NCBI GenBank assembly: GCA_905330235.1
Contig: CAJNUA010000634.1
Location: 1-42,105, forward strand
From: Rotaria sp.
Taxonomy: Eukaryota
Direction of reading: 5' to 3'
DNA length: 42,105 nucleotides
The translations under genes and the position numbers were made by a program. Numbering within the stretch: the stretch's first letter is position 1; each line of letters begins with the position of its first letter. This document shows positions 12,051-24,509 of this stretch, piece by piece. The notes under the pieces were generated by a model. It had not been told where the DNA came from. It was given only the letters and a program-made list of their open reading frames with translations, and did not search any database.

Positions 12051-12531
12051 GGAATGACATAGAGACCTGCGATTTTGACCGTTGGAAAGAGAAGATGAAG
12101 ACACATCGAATCGTATATTATAGCATTTTCCGGCAATTTTTATTGAGTGTTTTTAATCGAGATTTTGACAAACCGTGCATCGCGCTCAATCACCACAGGG
12201 AATTTTCGATTTTTAGGAGTGCATCAGAACCGCCAATCGAAGATCTACAAAACTGCGCAAGGCCTAAATTTTTAACTTGTAACGTTCAGGAGTTAAAGGT
12301 ATTTTTACTGTGGGCTTCTACATGATTTTTCGAGAAAATTAGACGAAATCTCCACTTTTTCGCTAAATTTTCATGAAAATTTATAGTACCAATCGAGCCC
12401 AAACATACACATTTAAAAAAAAATTCAATTGAAAGTTTCGAAACACTTGTCAGTAAAATCTGTAATATATGATTCGATGTGTCTTCATCTAACTTTCTAA
12501 CGGTGAAAACCGCAGTTCTCTACCCCATTCC
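12051..12531. mobile_element. MITE-like / foldback element, ~480 bp, with ~70-bp terminal inverted repeats (~85-90% identical)
   Basis: Left arm ggaatgacatagagacctgcgattttgaccgttggaaagagaagatgaagacacatcgaatcgtatatta. Reverse complement of the right arm ggaatggggtagagaactgcggttttcaccgttagaaagttagatgaagacacatcgaatcatatatta. The interior is more GC-rich than the flanks. Confidence 0.55.
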
Positions 12532-15500
12532 TATGAAATGTTATTCGAAAAATGATCAGGACTCTTCTTTTTTCAAATGGGCATTAGTATTTCGTCAAGA
12601 GCCGGTCGATGCTGGTCCAATGCCTTTTATTCGTAGAGATGCATCAATCGACTTCTGCTCATATTTCTCAATGATTTCTTTCACAGGAGTAGACTTATAC
12701 GATGATAATGATGGTGTGTTAAAATTTATTGTTGTATGTTTATGTAAGCAACGCTTTGACAAAGATCGAAGCCTGTAATAAACGATATTCAATGGAAAAT
12801 GAGAGAAAAACATTTATACACAGAAAGATGATCATAGTGAAAATACTTCTGAAAATATTCGATGCTGTCATTAAAACTTATTTGAATGCAATCGTTATAT
12901 TGATACGAATCCTATTTTAGCATCTTTCGATAACAAAACAATATTTTCTAGAAATAAATTTGTCGGACAATTTTTTTTGCTTGACAAATAATAATATAGA
13001 TTTAGTATAAGATATTGATCGAATAAGATTATATTTTTTGTACTTCTGTCAAGGAAAGAAAATTATAATTTTATTTTGATAAAAGTTTGTTTAATGAATA
13101 TTGTTTGAATTAGCTGCTTAATTGGTGATATTAATTTTTTTCGAATTTTTTCACGTTTAATATGAACTTCACATGAATGATACCAATCAGAAAACCTTAC
13201 TATCTCAACGTTTTGGAAATTTCATATATTCAATTAATAAAATGAGACTACTTAGACATTACAATGATATTTTTCTTGAAAAATTAACAGGACTAACGGC
13301 ATTAATGACTACTATGAGAGTTTTGAACGTTGATGATGTTGCTCAATATTAACCGTTAGGTATAAAATTCATAGTGCGGCGAATAACAGATGATCATTCG
13401 ATTCAAAAAACCTCCGATGGCTACAAATGATCGTTTTCAAACCATTTGAATATTGATGAACATTATTCAACTTTTCAATATTGTGATCATAAACGTTTGA
13501 TATTTCTTTATAATAAGTTGCTGCATTTATTGCCAATCCCATTTTGTAAAAGAAGTATAACATTAATAATGATGATGTTTCTAATTCCACAAATTTGTAT
13601 GTATGTATTCAATGTTAGATCAATGTCATAGTGAATGTTCATGCCAGCTGTTCCAACCTTTCTTTGACATGTCTGGTCATTGTTTTCTTTATCCTTGCTT
13701 CTATGATATCCTTCTATGTTGTTGACTACGTAGTTCATGATCAACTATGATTCAATCAACATATCGTTTCTTCCACATTATCACCTTGTTTTCTCATTTA
13801 GATTGTTATGATTTTAGAGGTTCAAAAGTTTGCAAGAGAAAAAATGAAGGCAAGTAGATGATAATAATAGACAAAGCACAACACTCAAACTTGGTTGATT
13901 CATTTCAATAAAATTTACACTGATGAGAAGAAGAAGAGAAATCAAAAGAATATATTATCATATATTCTGATAACATAATGCGCACTACATATAATTAGTG
14001 ACATCATTGATATACGATTTATAGGTAAAAGATAATAGATAGAGTAGAGGAAAGACAAGAACAGACTCTTGTATGGTGGTATGCATATATAGTATTCTGA
14101 TCATTATGACTGGTTATGAAGGTGTTACCTAATCATTTTATTCAATGTTTTCAGTTTCACTCATGTGCTCATTTTTGTTTACTGTTTGTACAGCATATAT
14201 TAATACGTGTTCAAGTTTTATTTGATATTAATTATGTACCTGTGTTTTTGATGAATTACTCATTGGTTTGATCTATAATTGTAATAAATAAAGAAAAAAA
14301 TTGTAGACGTATAGATTCAGGCATTGTGTATCTTTATAGTTGATATATCTTGACTTTATGTTTTCTCTGTTATTGGGTCGCTCTAACTTCGTTTTTCTTA
14401 TATAAATGAGTGTTTTGTTTCATAAGGAATTGATTTCTAATATACAGAAAGAAAATAGAAGGTAATCATATTCGAATCAGCTAATTAGTAAAATTTTTTA
14501 AAATCTACTTCTCACATAAAGTAGAAAATGAAAAATAAAAGTGTTTCTTTAATTTAGAACTTTCCTGAGACTTCTTAATGTGTAAGCTGATTGTGAAACT
14601 ATTAACAAATCAATAGAAACCACTAATATCCACGGAGTAATTTTGTAGCCCTACTCTATCTTATCTACCTTACTACAATCGACACAAGAGAAAAGATTTT
14701 GAGTAATATTATGAGCTAGATTAAAGTTTATATGCCTTACTATTTAAATTCATCGGAAAAAGTACTCAATAAAAAAAAGATAAAGATACATACTATAAAC
14801 AAGAATGAAACCAAAAAATATGTTACTTATAACTTCTATTGTATTTTCTTATCGAATTCACACAATTGATAAGTCTCTAATTAAAATATTAATACATTGA
14901 AAATCATCGTTTTGTATTATTAATAGTTATTTATTAGCAAGAGCATTTTAGTCTGCTCTTGGTGCTAGATGAACAAGATGAGATGAAATCATTTTGATAT
15001 AACACTAAGAACAAGATTAGACATAGAACAAACATCTTCATGCTCATTAAACGATATAGAACTTATAACTTAATTTTTTTATGTGAGGAAAAATTCTGAA
15101 TAAGAAGTGTAAATATTATTCTTCTATAATTATGTTGTATGTTTTAACTGTATCACATTCTCCAGTATAGCGTTCGACTTTGCCTTCGGAAGTTCATTCT
15201 TGAATTTTGACTCTCATCGACCTAAAAAAAGGTCTGATCCTAACCTGTAGACATTTCTAATAGCAACAAAACTGAGAAAAGATTTTCAGATAAAATGATA
15301 CAATATATCTTGACGTGGTACATTCCGTTTTTGTTCTCCGTGAGACTACGCTAGAATGTATCGAAACAACGTGAACACATACTTGTTAGTTTTGAATAGT
15401 CATATTCTTTCTATTACGAACGTGTAGAAGATCTCCGATGACTTTAAGTAAAACACTGTTGTTATTACATGTTTCTATTATATCGTGTTCGTATTGTATC

Positions 15501-16383
15501 AAGACATTTAAGAGTACATCCATGACAAATCATCGACTTAACTAGAGAAGATATTTATAACTTTTCCAGTTGTTAAGCATTTTGTTCGAATTGATTTTTC
15601 TTATTTCTTCCTTAAATTACACAAAAAATTCATATTATTATTGCCCATTACTTCGCTAAGAAGTTCGTTTTTCTTTTTCTTCAGTCTCACCGATAAAATT
15701 TGATGCCAACAAAGCATAAATCATTTTTCATTACCACATGCAATTCTTAAAGAATATATTTATTCGCCTTCCGAACTGTTCCATTTTAAATCTTTCCTTA
15801 TAAAATGTTTTTCTTTTTCTTTTCTAATACATATAGACGCTTGTATTTCTCTCCTTCCTGACCTTACAATGTAATTACAGCAGAACGAAAAAGACACATT
15901 CTCAAGCGTACACGCACTGAAGAAATGACAGTGAATCCTATATAAATATTTTTCTAAAGACCTATTCATCTATGTGGTAACAGTAAGAGGTAAGAAGTGA
16001 ATGGATTGATTAGTGAATAGATTTTCGTTGACGTTATCTATTCAGAATGAGCTTTTATGATAATGAAACGCGTTTTTATCTAATTTTAAATTAGAAACTA
16101 ATAAATCATAAGAGTAATTATAGTCCAATTGTTGATAAGTTTATACATATGACACCAGTTCGTACATTATCTAGTGAGTCAAAACATAAAAAAATCCGAT
16201 TAAAATTGAATTTATCTTAGATTCCGTTTGCATAGGTTCAGTACATTCATCTTTAAATTAGCGGCGTTTCTTATACATATTACCGGTAAATAGTTCTTGA
16301 ATGTTGAACGCAGAGATCTATAACTTCAAGGTTTATTACCTGTTTAGCGTTGACTTTATTGTCTAAATTCTAGATACTTCGTC

Positions 16384-16746
16384 ATGGATGCACGAACATC
16401 GGAATCCAGTAACGACAATGTCGTTCCATGCGGAGTCGATTGGAGCGATCGTGCTCATCCTTCATCTTACTGCTGGTTTCCTCTTACATCCAATGATTCA
16501 TCGACTGCTCCGTCATGTGCATACGGTTCATGTGCAAAGTGGAAGCAAACAGGTCAATCAGCACTTCTACAATGTCAATCATGTAATTTGATAATGTATG
16601 CACATCATTTGACTAATTCATCAACGTCAAATAATGATTCTATTCAATCGTGTCGTCCATCATTTGTCGATAATACAGAACAAGGAAACTCGCTGACGAA
16701 TAACAAAGATAGTCCATTGAAATTCGATCAACATTTTTGGTCTCAT
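16384..16746 (+). CDS. Diacylglycerol kinase, N-terminal region with a degenerate C1-like Cys/His cluster (tentative exon; possible donor CAT|GTATCA at 16747)
   Basis: Cys/His-rich segment HPSSYCWF…CAYGSC…LLQCQSCNLIMYAHH lies upstream of, and on the same strand as, the kinase catalytic exon. The C1 pattern is incomplete. Confidence 0.35.
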
Positions 16747-16804
16747 GTATCAACACTTCCAAAGCCATGAATGCATGCATTGCCAACCAACATCTATGGT
16801 CAGT

Positions 16805-16990
16805 GGTGGTCCGACTGGGGGGTGGAGGAGGTGGTGTCGGGGGTGTAACACCCACCCCTCCAATCGTCGAAATTGCCGTTTTTTTTCAAGCAAAATCCAA
16901 AGATTTTCTTGTGTTCTGTTTGAAAAAATAATAGTACATACCCCAAATATTCTCAACACTTCACTTCCCCTCCTCCCCCTCCCAATGTTG
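16805..16990. repeat. G-rich / C-rich inverted pair inside the putative DGK intron. A local hairpin (16808-16856) has a long-range C-rich partner at 16962-16982.
   Basis: ggggggtggaggaggtggtgtcgggggtgtaacacccacccctcc, then ~100 nt later cacttcccctcctccccctccc (reverse complement gggagggggaggagggg). Confidence 0.5.
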
Positions 16991-17428
16991 GTTGATTCGG
17001 GTCACCCCGGTCTATGGTATCTTTCTTAGATATTATCGATCAGATGAAATCGATGATCAGTTATATATCAGGAACTTTGGATGACGATCTGTCAGACGCT
17101 TCACATGGTCTCGTTTGCTTATGATGTTTCCGATGTTATCATAATTCGTGTTGGGAACAACTTACTCCTCAAGATAAGCTTCAATATGACTATGGTATCT
17201 TTCAGTAAGTTTCTCACGATATTTCTTCTAATTAAGTCGAGATAAATCAGTGTTCGTTGATGATTTGCTTTAAGATTTTCAAAAAAATTCCTTTAGTTCA
17301 GCGAGATAAATCATTCTAATTTTTGAGTTCATCTAGATGTTATCCACAATAATTTGATTGAACTGTCTTTGCCAATTGACATTAACATTTTGATTTTCAT
17401 CAACAGAAATATTATTGTTTGGCCACAG

Positions 17429-17911
17429 TGGTTCAGTCGTTCAAGTGAATCTTCAACTGATTTCAAAGCACGAGCATTTTCGTATTCAACCAACAATAAT
17501 GCTGAGTCAAACTCATTTCCATATACGCCTGTTCTTGTTTTTGTAAATAAACGCTCTGGTGGTCAAGTTGGTGAGAACATATATCCAGAACTCTTACAAA
17601 GACTCAATCCGCGTCAAGTATTTCTTCTAGAAAACAATGTCACAATTACTTATGCTCTGGATATCTACTCTTCGTTACTGAACATGCGTATTTGCATGTT
17701 CAGCGGTGATGGTACTGTTGATTGGATTTTTAGCTGCCTAGCCGAGGCCTATCCATCTAGACATAATCTTCCAGTAAGCATTTGTCCGTTGGGAACATGC
17801 AATGATCTTTAACGTGTCTTGGCTTGGGGTGAACAATACGATCCGAAATGTCTTTTTCGTACACTTCTACAGACTTCACAAGCTTAAGTTGCTGTACTTG
17901 ATCGTTGGGAA
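17429..17911 (+). CDS. Diacylglycerol kinase catalytic domain exon (DAGKc), containing two in-frame TAA codons at 17810-17812 and 17885-17887
   Basis: Motifs PVLVFVNKRSGGQVGE, LNPRQVF, FSGDGTVDW, ICPLGTCNDL[TAA]RVLAWG and LDRWEVQ match the DGK motifs PLLVFVNPKSGxxQG, LNPxQVF, GGDGTVGW, LPLGTGNDLARxLGWG and DRWKVQ. Acceptor …ccacag|TGG at 17429; candidate donor GAA|GTTCAG at 17912. Confidence 0.7.
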
Positions 17912-18002
17912 GTTCAGCTTGAAGAATTCGATGCAGAAAAATTAGCTTTGATAACACAACAACATCATGAAAGTGGTTTCAATATCAGCCGAAATATTTC
18001 AG

Positions 18003-18827
18003 CCATTACTCAACCCTCCTAAATTCATTCAAGAAACCAATCGATCTTCGTATGAAAACTATCAGAAATTGCCGAACATACGCTTTATTAACTACATGAG
18101 CTTTGACTTAGATGCTGCTATTGCACTCGATTTTCATGTTGAACGTACACGTGATCCATCGAAATTTTCGTTACCATTGAAAAATAAATTCATGTATGTG
18201 AACGAAAGTTGCAAATATTTCGATGATTTTGCTCGGACACAAATGTGAAATTTAGGCTCTCATATTTGTTTGATATGCGATGATCAAGATATCCCTGATA
18301 CAGTACTTAATTGTCACACATTGGTCATACTCAATATTCCAGGCTATGCATCTGGTACAAATCCATGGAGAAAATCATTGAGAAATTCAATAATGGATCG
18401 TGTCAATCAATTATCGACTCTTGAATTAAGCAGTACTTTTATCAACCAAATATCCATGAGGTCACTTGATCCATTGAATTGTGCAGGTGATACCCAAGAA
18501 AACAACGAATTAGAAAGTTTGGACGATAGGGATACGGATCAACCAGAGAGATTATCGACAACACAAACAACTTCAAGTAGTCGTTTTCAACCACAAAATT
18601 TTGGCGATCGAAAAGTTGAAGTTGTCGGATTGAGTACTACACATATGGCTGCAATCCATGCTGGTTTTCGTGGCAATCGAATCGCTCAATGCAACCGATT
18701 GTGTATTGAACTTCGTTGTCCAATGACAGCACAAATGGATGGTGAACCATTCTATCTTCCTACACCGGTAGCTGTCAATATTAGTCATGTTGATCAAGTA
18801 CTTGTGTTAAAAAATGAGAACAAATAA
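18003..18827 (+). CDS. Diacylglycerol kinase accessory domain and C-terminus (DAGKa), with an in-frame TGA at about 18246-18248; ends VLKNENK-TAA right after the kinase core, as in type III / epsilon
   Basis: NYMSFDLDAAIALDFHVERTRDPSKFSLPLKNKFMYV matches [23 protein letters not shown]…NK.VY. LVILNIPGYASGTNPW matches IIVLNIGYWGGG. RCPMTAQMDGEPFYLPTPVAVNISH matches [21 protein letters not shown]. Candidate 91-nt intron 17912-18002 ends (tttcag|CC). Confidence 0.7.
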
Positions 18828-18828
18828 A
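18823..18828 (+). promoter_or_regulatory. AATAAA polyadenylation signal overlapping the DGK stop codon
   Basis: caAATAAAtgac lies at the end of the DGK ORF. Confidence 0.3.
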
Positions 18829-19951
18829 TGACTCTGCACATGTGCATGTTTATTCACTTATATTATATTAATCATTTTTCTTTAAGTTAATCTGCCATTT
18901 TTCTTCTACCATTTTATGATTCAAAAATTAAAAACTTCTTGGGCTCTAAACGAAGTCCATTATTGATTTACAATTATGAAAACTATTGATTTTTTCTTGA
19001 AATGGAATGTTTGTTAAACTAGAAATCGTACTGTCCAAATTGGAATGATCTGAACTATACGAAAAGCTATTTCCATCGAAAGCTAATGATTTCGAAAAAG
19101 TGTATATATATCTGAAGAGAAAGTGCACCTCAAAATCCACACCCGACCGTGTATGAAACTCAAAGGTTGCTATTCTAAGCAAAGTTGAAATATATAATTA
19201 GTCATCTATAAATGAGAGTGAGTAGAATAGATTTGTTAACATATGCGTTCTTGATAGGAACTTGCATCGCCTTTCACTTCACCGTGGAGTACCGACGATT
19301 AATCGAGTTGACCCTCTTCATTGTGAGCGATAGAACTTTGCCATATGACAAACTTAACAAATATTTTGGTCGAAGTTTTTGTTTTATAGATAAGTCTTCA
19401 AGAATTGGATAAAGTATCTATTTTTCTCTGAAAACATTCTTGACCGATCTATCTATTCTCGTCGTAAGAACAAATATTTATAACTGTTTTCCAAACTCTC
19501 ATGCACTGCTGCCAACCAATAGGTGTATCTCCATATTCTTTTCCGCAAGGAACATAAGAGAAAACAAAATTTCTGAACGTTGCTATTCGAAATGACAGTT
19601 TACTCATTTTTAGTGCAACATTTCCAACGAACTCGATCTTAGTGTGATAGTTATAGTGTATCAGCACACGTATGATAACTTTTTATGATAATTCATCGAT
19701 ATTTCTCGACCAACTTCTAGATTTCTACACCAATAACTCTTACCCTTAGCTAATGGTCTTATACTAAATCCCGCCTCATTTATATCTGCCACCACTCAAA
19801 TAAAGCTCCTTAAATAAATAAAAATGTATTGTTACGTCGAAGAAAATATAAAATTTTTATTTCTAAATGAGAACAGTGCGAATGTAAATTTGTTACAGGT
19901 AAAACGTGTTTAAAACAAAATGACATCAAATTGTTTTGTTTATGAATCACT

Positions 19952-20427
19952 TCAATTTTTTGAAACGTATTCAGTAAATGGCGCTTCTATTTGTAAGTGT
20001 CCATCGTGTGTTAAATGAGTTTGCAAATGATCAGTTTGTGTGCCCGGTGGAAGGGTAATCGATCTGTAAAAATAAGTTTTTTCTAAATGTCGATTATCCT
20101 TTGATATGTGTTCACCTTGTATAATCAGATCATTATTTTTGACTGACACTTTAATGTGTTCAGGACGATAATTTTTCATAGGTATAGACATTTGTATTTT
20201 TTTTTTATTTTCTTCTGCATCAACAACTTTTGGTGCAAAAGCTGATGTATGAAAATGATGATAATTAAATGATTGATCACGATATTGACCATATGGAAGT
20301 AAATGATGGCTATGACTTGCTTGTGATGATGACTGAAGATAACGTTGTTCATGTTCACGATTAAGTAGTGGTATATCCACAATCAACAGATTGTTTGGTG
20401 TTACATAGGATACTAAGTGATCTGCAT
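19952..20427 (-). CDS. p40-like small heat-shock protein, exon 2 (second alpha-crystallin domain); stop at 19952-19954, AATAAA about 19860
   Basis: A 58-nt intron (20428-20485, GTGAGA…tttag) joins HAG|DADHLVSYVTPNNLL… in frame. Second alpha-crystallin domain: HIKVSVKNNDLIIQGEHISKDNRHLEKTYFYRSITLPPGTQTDHLQTHLTHDGHLQIEAP. Confidence 0.75.
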
Positions 20428-20485
20428 CTAAATATTAAAATTAAAAATATAAATTAGAAATTTTGGACAATTTTACACATCTCAC

Positions 20486-20876
20486 CAGCATGTTCATAAA
20501 CAGTTTCAGGTAAATCGTATATTTTTTGTTCTTTAGTATTCTCACTATTACTATGATGATGCTTCTTTTTCGCTTCTATAATTAAAAGACGACCTTCAAT
20601 TGTTGTTTTTATAGTCTCTGGATCAAAATCCGCAATGTCCAGTTTTACACGAAATCTTTCTCCATACGTTGGTATTTGTAATGCTGGCGCAACCTTATCC
20701 TTGTGTTCTTTTTTCAGTTTTGGTTGATTAATCCAACGAAATGATATTGGTGCACTTGAATTAATATTTGTCCATGGATCAAATAATTCAAAATCATTTC
20801 CGAAATTATCAGAGTCAAATTTCTTATCATTTGAACGACGACGATAGCGATTCACTGGTAATGATGACATTGTCAT
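20486..20876 (-). CDS. Small heat-shock protein with two alpha-crystallin domains (trematode p40 egg-antigen-like), exon 1
   Basis: First alpha-crystallin domain: FRVKLDIADFDPETIKTTIEGRLLIIEAKKK. The exon ends …VYEHAG with donor G|GTGAGA. Confidence 0.75.
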
Positions 20877-22035
20877 TTAACAAAATCTAGAATATGAATA
20901 GAACTTCGTCAAACGTCATGATCTAGAGCTGAAAATTTTACCACCGTCCCCTTAGTTCAGCCAGAACATATGCTACAAATTTCAAGTGACTTGAATCTTT
21001 TCAGTGTGGAAAAGTTTTTGAGGTGGATTAAATTCCAAATTGAATATCAGTTTTAAAAACTATGTTTCTCACACTTTTAAACGCTACCAAATTCTCTTTT
21101 GCGAAAGCTGCTCAGAGTTGTTGATTTCTCATGATAATTTGGGATTAATAACCTCTACCTCGTACCTCCCACACCTAAAGGCGGGCATTGGTTCCAGTGA
21201 CCCATATAAAAGAACCTACGCAAGATGATCACTGCAAAAGTCGATAAGAAAAAGTCTTACGACTTGTATATTAGATTTTTCATTATTGGATGCAAAAGTA
21301 TGCCCTGGCTCGAGATCATAGGGTCCATCAGCTAGAGGACCAAAGAATAGAAACATTTCACTTGACTTCGATTTACTGGAGCCTGCATATTTTGAAACCA
21401 AAAACTTTGATTGTATAGAAATAAAAAACAACAACGACATTCCATTAACTGAGATAGATTTGATGGGAAATGAGTTTCGATGTTGACATGTTCGATTTGT
21501 TAATTGAGGATCTTTTCCAATTGAGTTTGAGGGAAAAACGGAAATGTAATATTATCGATCGGATATTTTTATTTGTTTAAACAAACCGTATTTACTTCAT
21601 CAGTAGTGTTGAGTTTAGTGAACGAAAGAAGAGTCAGCTAGGATGAGGAAAACTGATGCACTAAGGAAAATGGTCGTTTTCAAGAGATGCTGGTTTTCAT
21701 TTTTACATACGCTTTTTAACATCTTTTACTGTTGCAACGTTCGAAGCTTCTAGACACTTTCAATAGTTGTGCGTGCTTCAAGTAATCAGCTATGTAAATA
21801 AACTGAACAGAGAAAAGAAAGTTGCTTTTTACTCTTGCCAGTTCTTAGCTGTTCTATGACGAAGAATGGTAGATACGAAAAAAAAATATTCTCAATTCTA
21901 TTTCAAACAGAAGCACGTGTCTGTGCAAGTGTCCTTGTTATTTTTACACAAACTACGAGCATCGCTTACTGATAGATGACGATGTGTCATACGGTGTATG
22001 AAAAAGTAAACACTAAACATATCGGATCAGCGTAC

Positions 22036-22080
22036 GGGTGTGGGTTGTTCTTCGTCAATCACCCACATCCACACCCACAC
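22036..22080. repeat. GT-arm / AC-arm foldback element (family copy)
   Basis: gggtgtgggttgtt–cttcgtcaat–cacccacatccacacccacac. Confidence 0.6.
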
Positions 22081-22797
22081 AATTGATTTTGTGTGAGTTT
22101 TTAAACGAGAAAATCAATGCTCAGATCATTCATGAGCATGTTCTAAGAAAAAGTGAAATGTTTGATCAAACGAACACTGATTAATATCTTCTGTGGGGCA
22201 TCAAATTTAATCATAAAATACAATTTTGTGGATTTCACAATTGAAATGTTTTCTTCACAACGAAATGAAGCAAACATTATGGTTGTATTTCTAATGTTGA
22301 TTGATCTTCTGCAAGTTTGGTCGTTAGTTATTTTAATCATCTAACAAAATGAATATATTATTATGCATTAATCACTCTTAGCAATTTGCAAAATTAATCT
22401 CACAAGAGAAATAAACGATGATAAATTTTTTACATTGAATTCTTGAATGAAATTTGAAAAAAAGACTTTTGTTGATGTGCCAAATCCTTCGATAATAATA
22501 AATGATGAAAAATAATCACATGGTAATAAAATCGTTCAGAATGTTTACTATGATTTGGTGAAGCATTTTTTCAAATAAGATCTCAGAGTAAAATCGCATT
22601 AAATAAAAAAAAATGTTGACGAAATCGCAAAAAGATAACTGTTAATAAAAAAATGAATTTTATTGACATGCCATTGTGTTATCTTTTAAAATAAAATTAT
22701 TTTTCGATCAGAATAAGAACTATCTTAACAAAAGTAACTAGATTGTTCATTCATAAAATTAACATTAGATAAATTTGAAAAGGCATGTGTGAATATT

Positions 22798-22869
22798 TGG
22801 GTGTGGGTGTGGGGTTTGGATGAGTTTAAATCTTCACCTCAACGACATCCGTATCCACACCCACATCCC
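22798..22869. repeat. GT-arm / AC-arm foldback element (family copy)
   Basis: gggtgtgggtgtggggtttgg … acatccgtatccacacccacatccc. Confidence 0.6.
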
Positions 22870-24106
22870 TTTTTGACTCATTGATTGGAAGATAAATCTT
22901 ATTAATACTTTGATAATTTATGGGACATTATAATTACCTGAGATTTCTTTGCAAATAAGACAGTTTTTGGGACATGAAACATTTGTAAAAATATATCCCT
23001 GGAAAATGTTCAGATGTTTTAAACTATTGTGTGATGAAATAGATTTAATAATGTTGAGGTATTGTCTCTTACTGGCTATTTGTATTAGTCGAATGACTGC
23101 AGAGGTTTTGTTCATCATATATTAATATGGTAGGAGAAACCTTGTGAATATCGCAGAAGAGACTATGTTGCCTACTTCTCAATCATCCCTTCAACATGCA
23201 GTGTCTAGAGAGAACGAATCACATAATGAATTATTCAATTGAATCAAATAATTTACATGTCACAATAAAAACGCATAAGCAAACTCAAAAGTTCTATTGA
23301 AAATGATTGTAAGAATGATATTCTATTCAATTTTTTACACTAAGCAACTCCAATAAAATCAAACTTGTTATGCTCAGCACTCTTCTACCACCTATTGCTT
23401 GAGGGGCTACCGGGATTTTGTGGAAATCATTTATATTTTCGAAGAAAATAGTAAGTGTAAGTATTAAGTTCAATTCTTTTACGACTTCTCCTTCCCATTA
23501 CAGACACATAGCAACGTAAGCCTCCATTAGAAACAGGCCACCATTACAGACCTGAGCAACTGCGCACAAAAGGCTTCAGATTTATTTAGCAATAAAAAAA
23601 CTACTTGAATAGTATGAAGAACATATAAGGTCTAAATAATCCGCTGATGTCATTATTGAATTAGATAGTAGTTACACTTATTTATATTTTCTAAGTCAAG
23701 TTTATCGTTTTCGAAAGAATTCAATACATATTATGCTAAAAATAAACAATTTATCATGCTTTCAAAACTACTTTGACCACTATACTCATGCTAAACAAAT
23801 GAGTTATTACGTTCTAACGAGTTATACCATGCAGCATTCAAGTCTGATTTCAAAATATTTAATTGAATATGAAAAATGTGTATTTAAAAGGACGAAATAA
23901 CAAAGTTTGACATGGTACAAAAAAAATTTTGACACAGACTCTAACAACCATTATTCATGAATCATATACTCAGTCGATCGTTTTGCACGATGATGTACAG
24001 GACGCTTGTTAACGTAAAATATTTTGCATGTTCTGTTCTGCATTGCAAGACATTGCATCAGATTTTGGAAATATACGAAAAGTTAAAAAATAATAAAAGT
24101 GTAAGA

Positions 24107-24178
24107 TAGCAGCGAGTAGTTTCGATCTACCGCCCTCTGAGTTATGAGCCCAGCACGCTTCCACTGCGCCACGCTGCT
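24107..24178 (-). tRNA. tRNA-iMet: Initiator tRNA-Met (anticodon CAT)
   Basis: Minus-strand sequence AGCAGCGTGGCGCAGTGGAAGCGTGCTGGGCTCATAACTCAGAGGGCGGTAGATCGAAACTACTCGCTGCTA is near-identical to vertebrate tRNAi-Met. It has A1:U72, the GATCGAAAC T-loop with A54/A60, CAT in the anticodon loop, a 7-bp acceptor stem and an A discriminator. Confidence 0.85.
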
Positions 24179-24189
24179 TGTATTTCTAT

Positions 24190-24241
24190 GGGTGTGGGTA
24201 TGGGTGTGGTTTTCTCTTTGTACACATCCACACGCATACAT
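24190..24241. repeat. GT-arm / AC-arm foldback element, 12 nt upstream of the 5' end of initiator tRNA-Met
   Basis: gggtgtgggtatgggtgtgg–ttttctctttgta–cacatccacacgcatacat. Confidence 0.6.
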
Positions 24242-24509
24242 TTCTGTTGCAAACCTCCATTTTTTGTGCCGATTAGAAAAGAAACTTCTCCTTAAACTAT
24301 AGCATACATATACAACGATGGCTGTACAAAAGTATCAACGTCAAATTTACTCTTAGGTCTACCTGTTCGCACGAATTCATTTTGTTAATAGCTCTCTGTA
24401 TGGATGTAGCACATTGAATGAAATAATTAGTTGTTTCATTCAGTGACTTTTGTAATGTATTGCGCGAGACCAGAAGATATGTGAAACGGTACAAGTAAAA
24501 AAGGAAAAG

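Noticed and set aside
16640-17029. ORF-track proline/glycine-rich ORFs (…TPPTPPPPPPS…, …GGGGGGVGGVTPTPP…, …GGPTGGWRRWCRGC…)
   Set aside because: They are translations of the G-tract / C-tract inverted repeat inside the DGK intron on both strands. Low-complexity, overlapping each other, no start or stop context.
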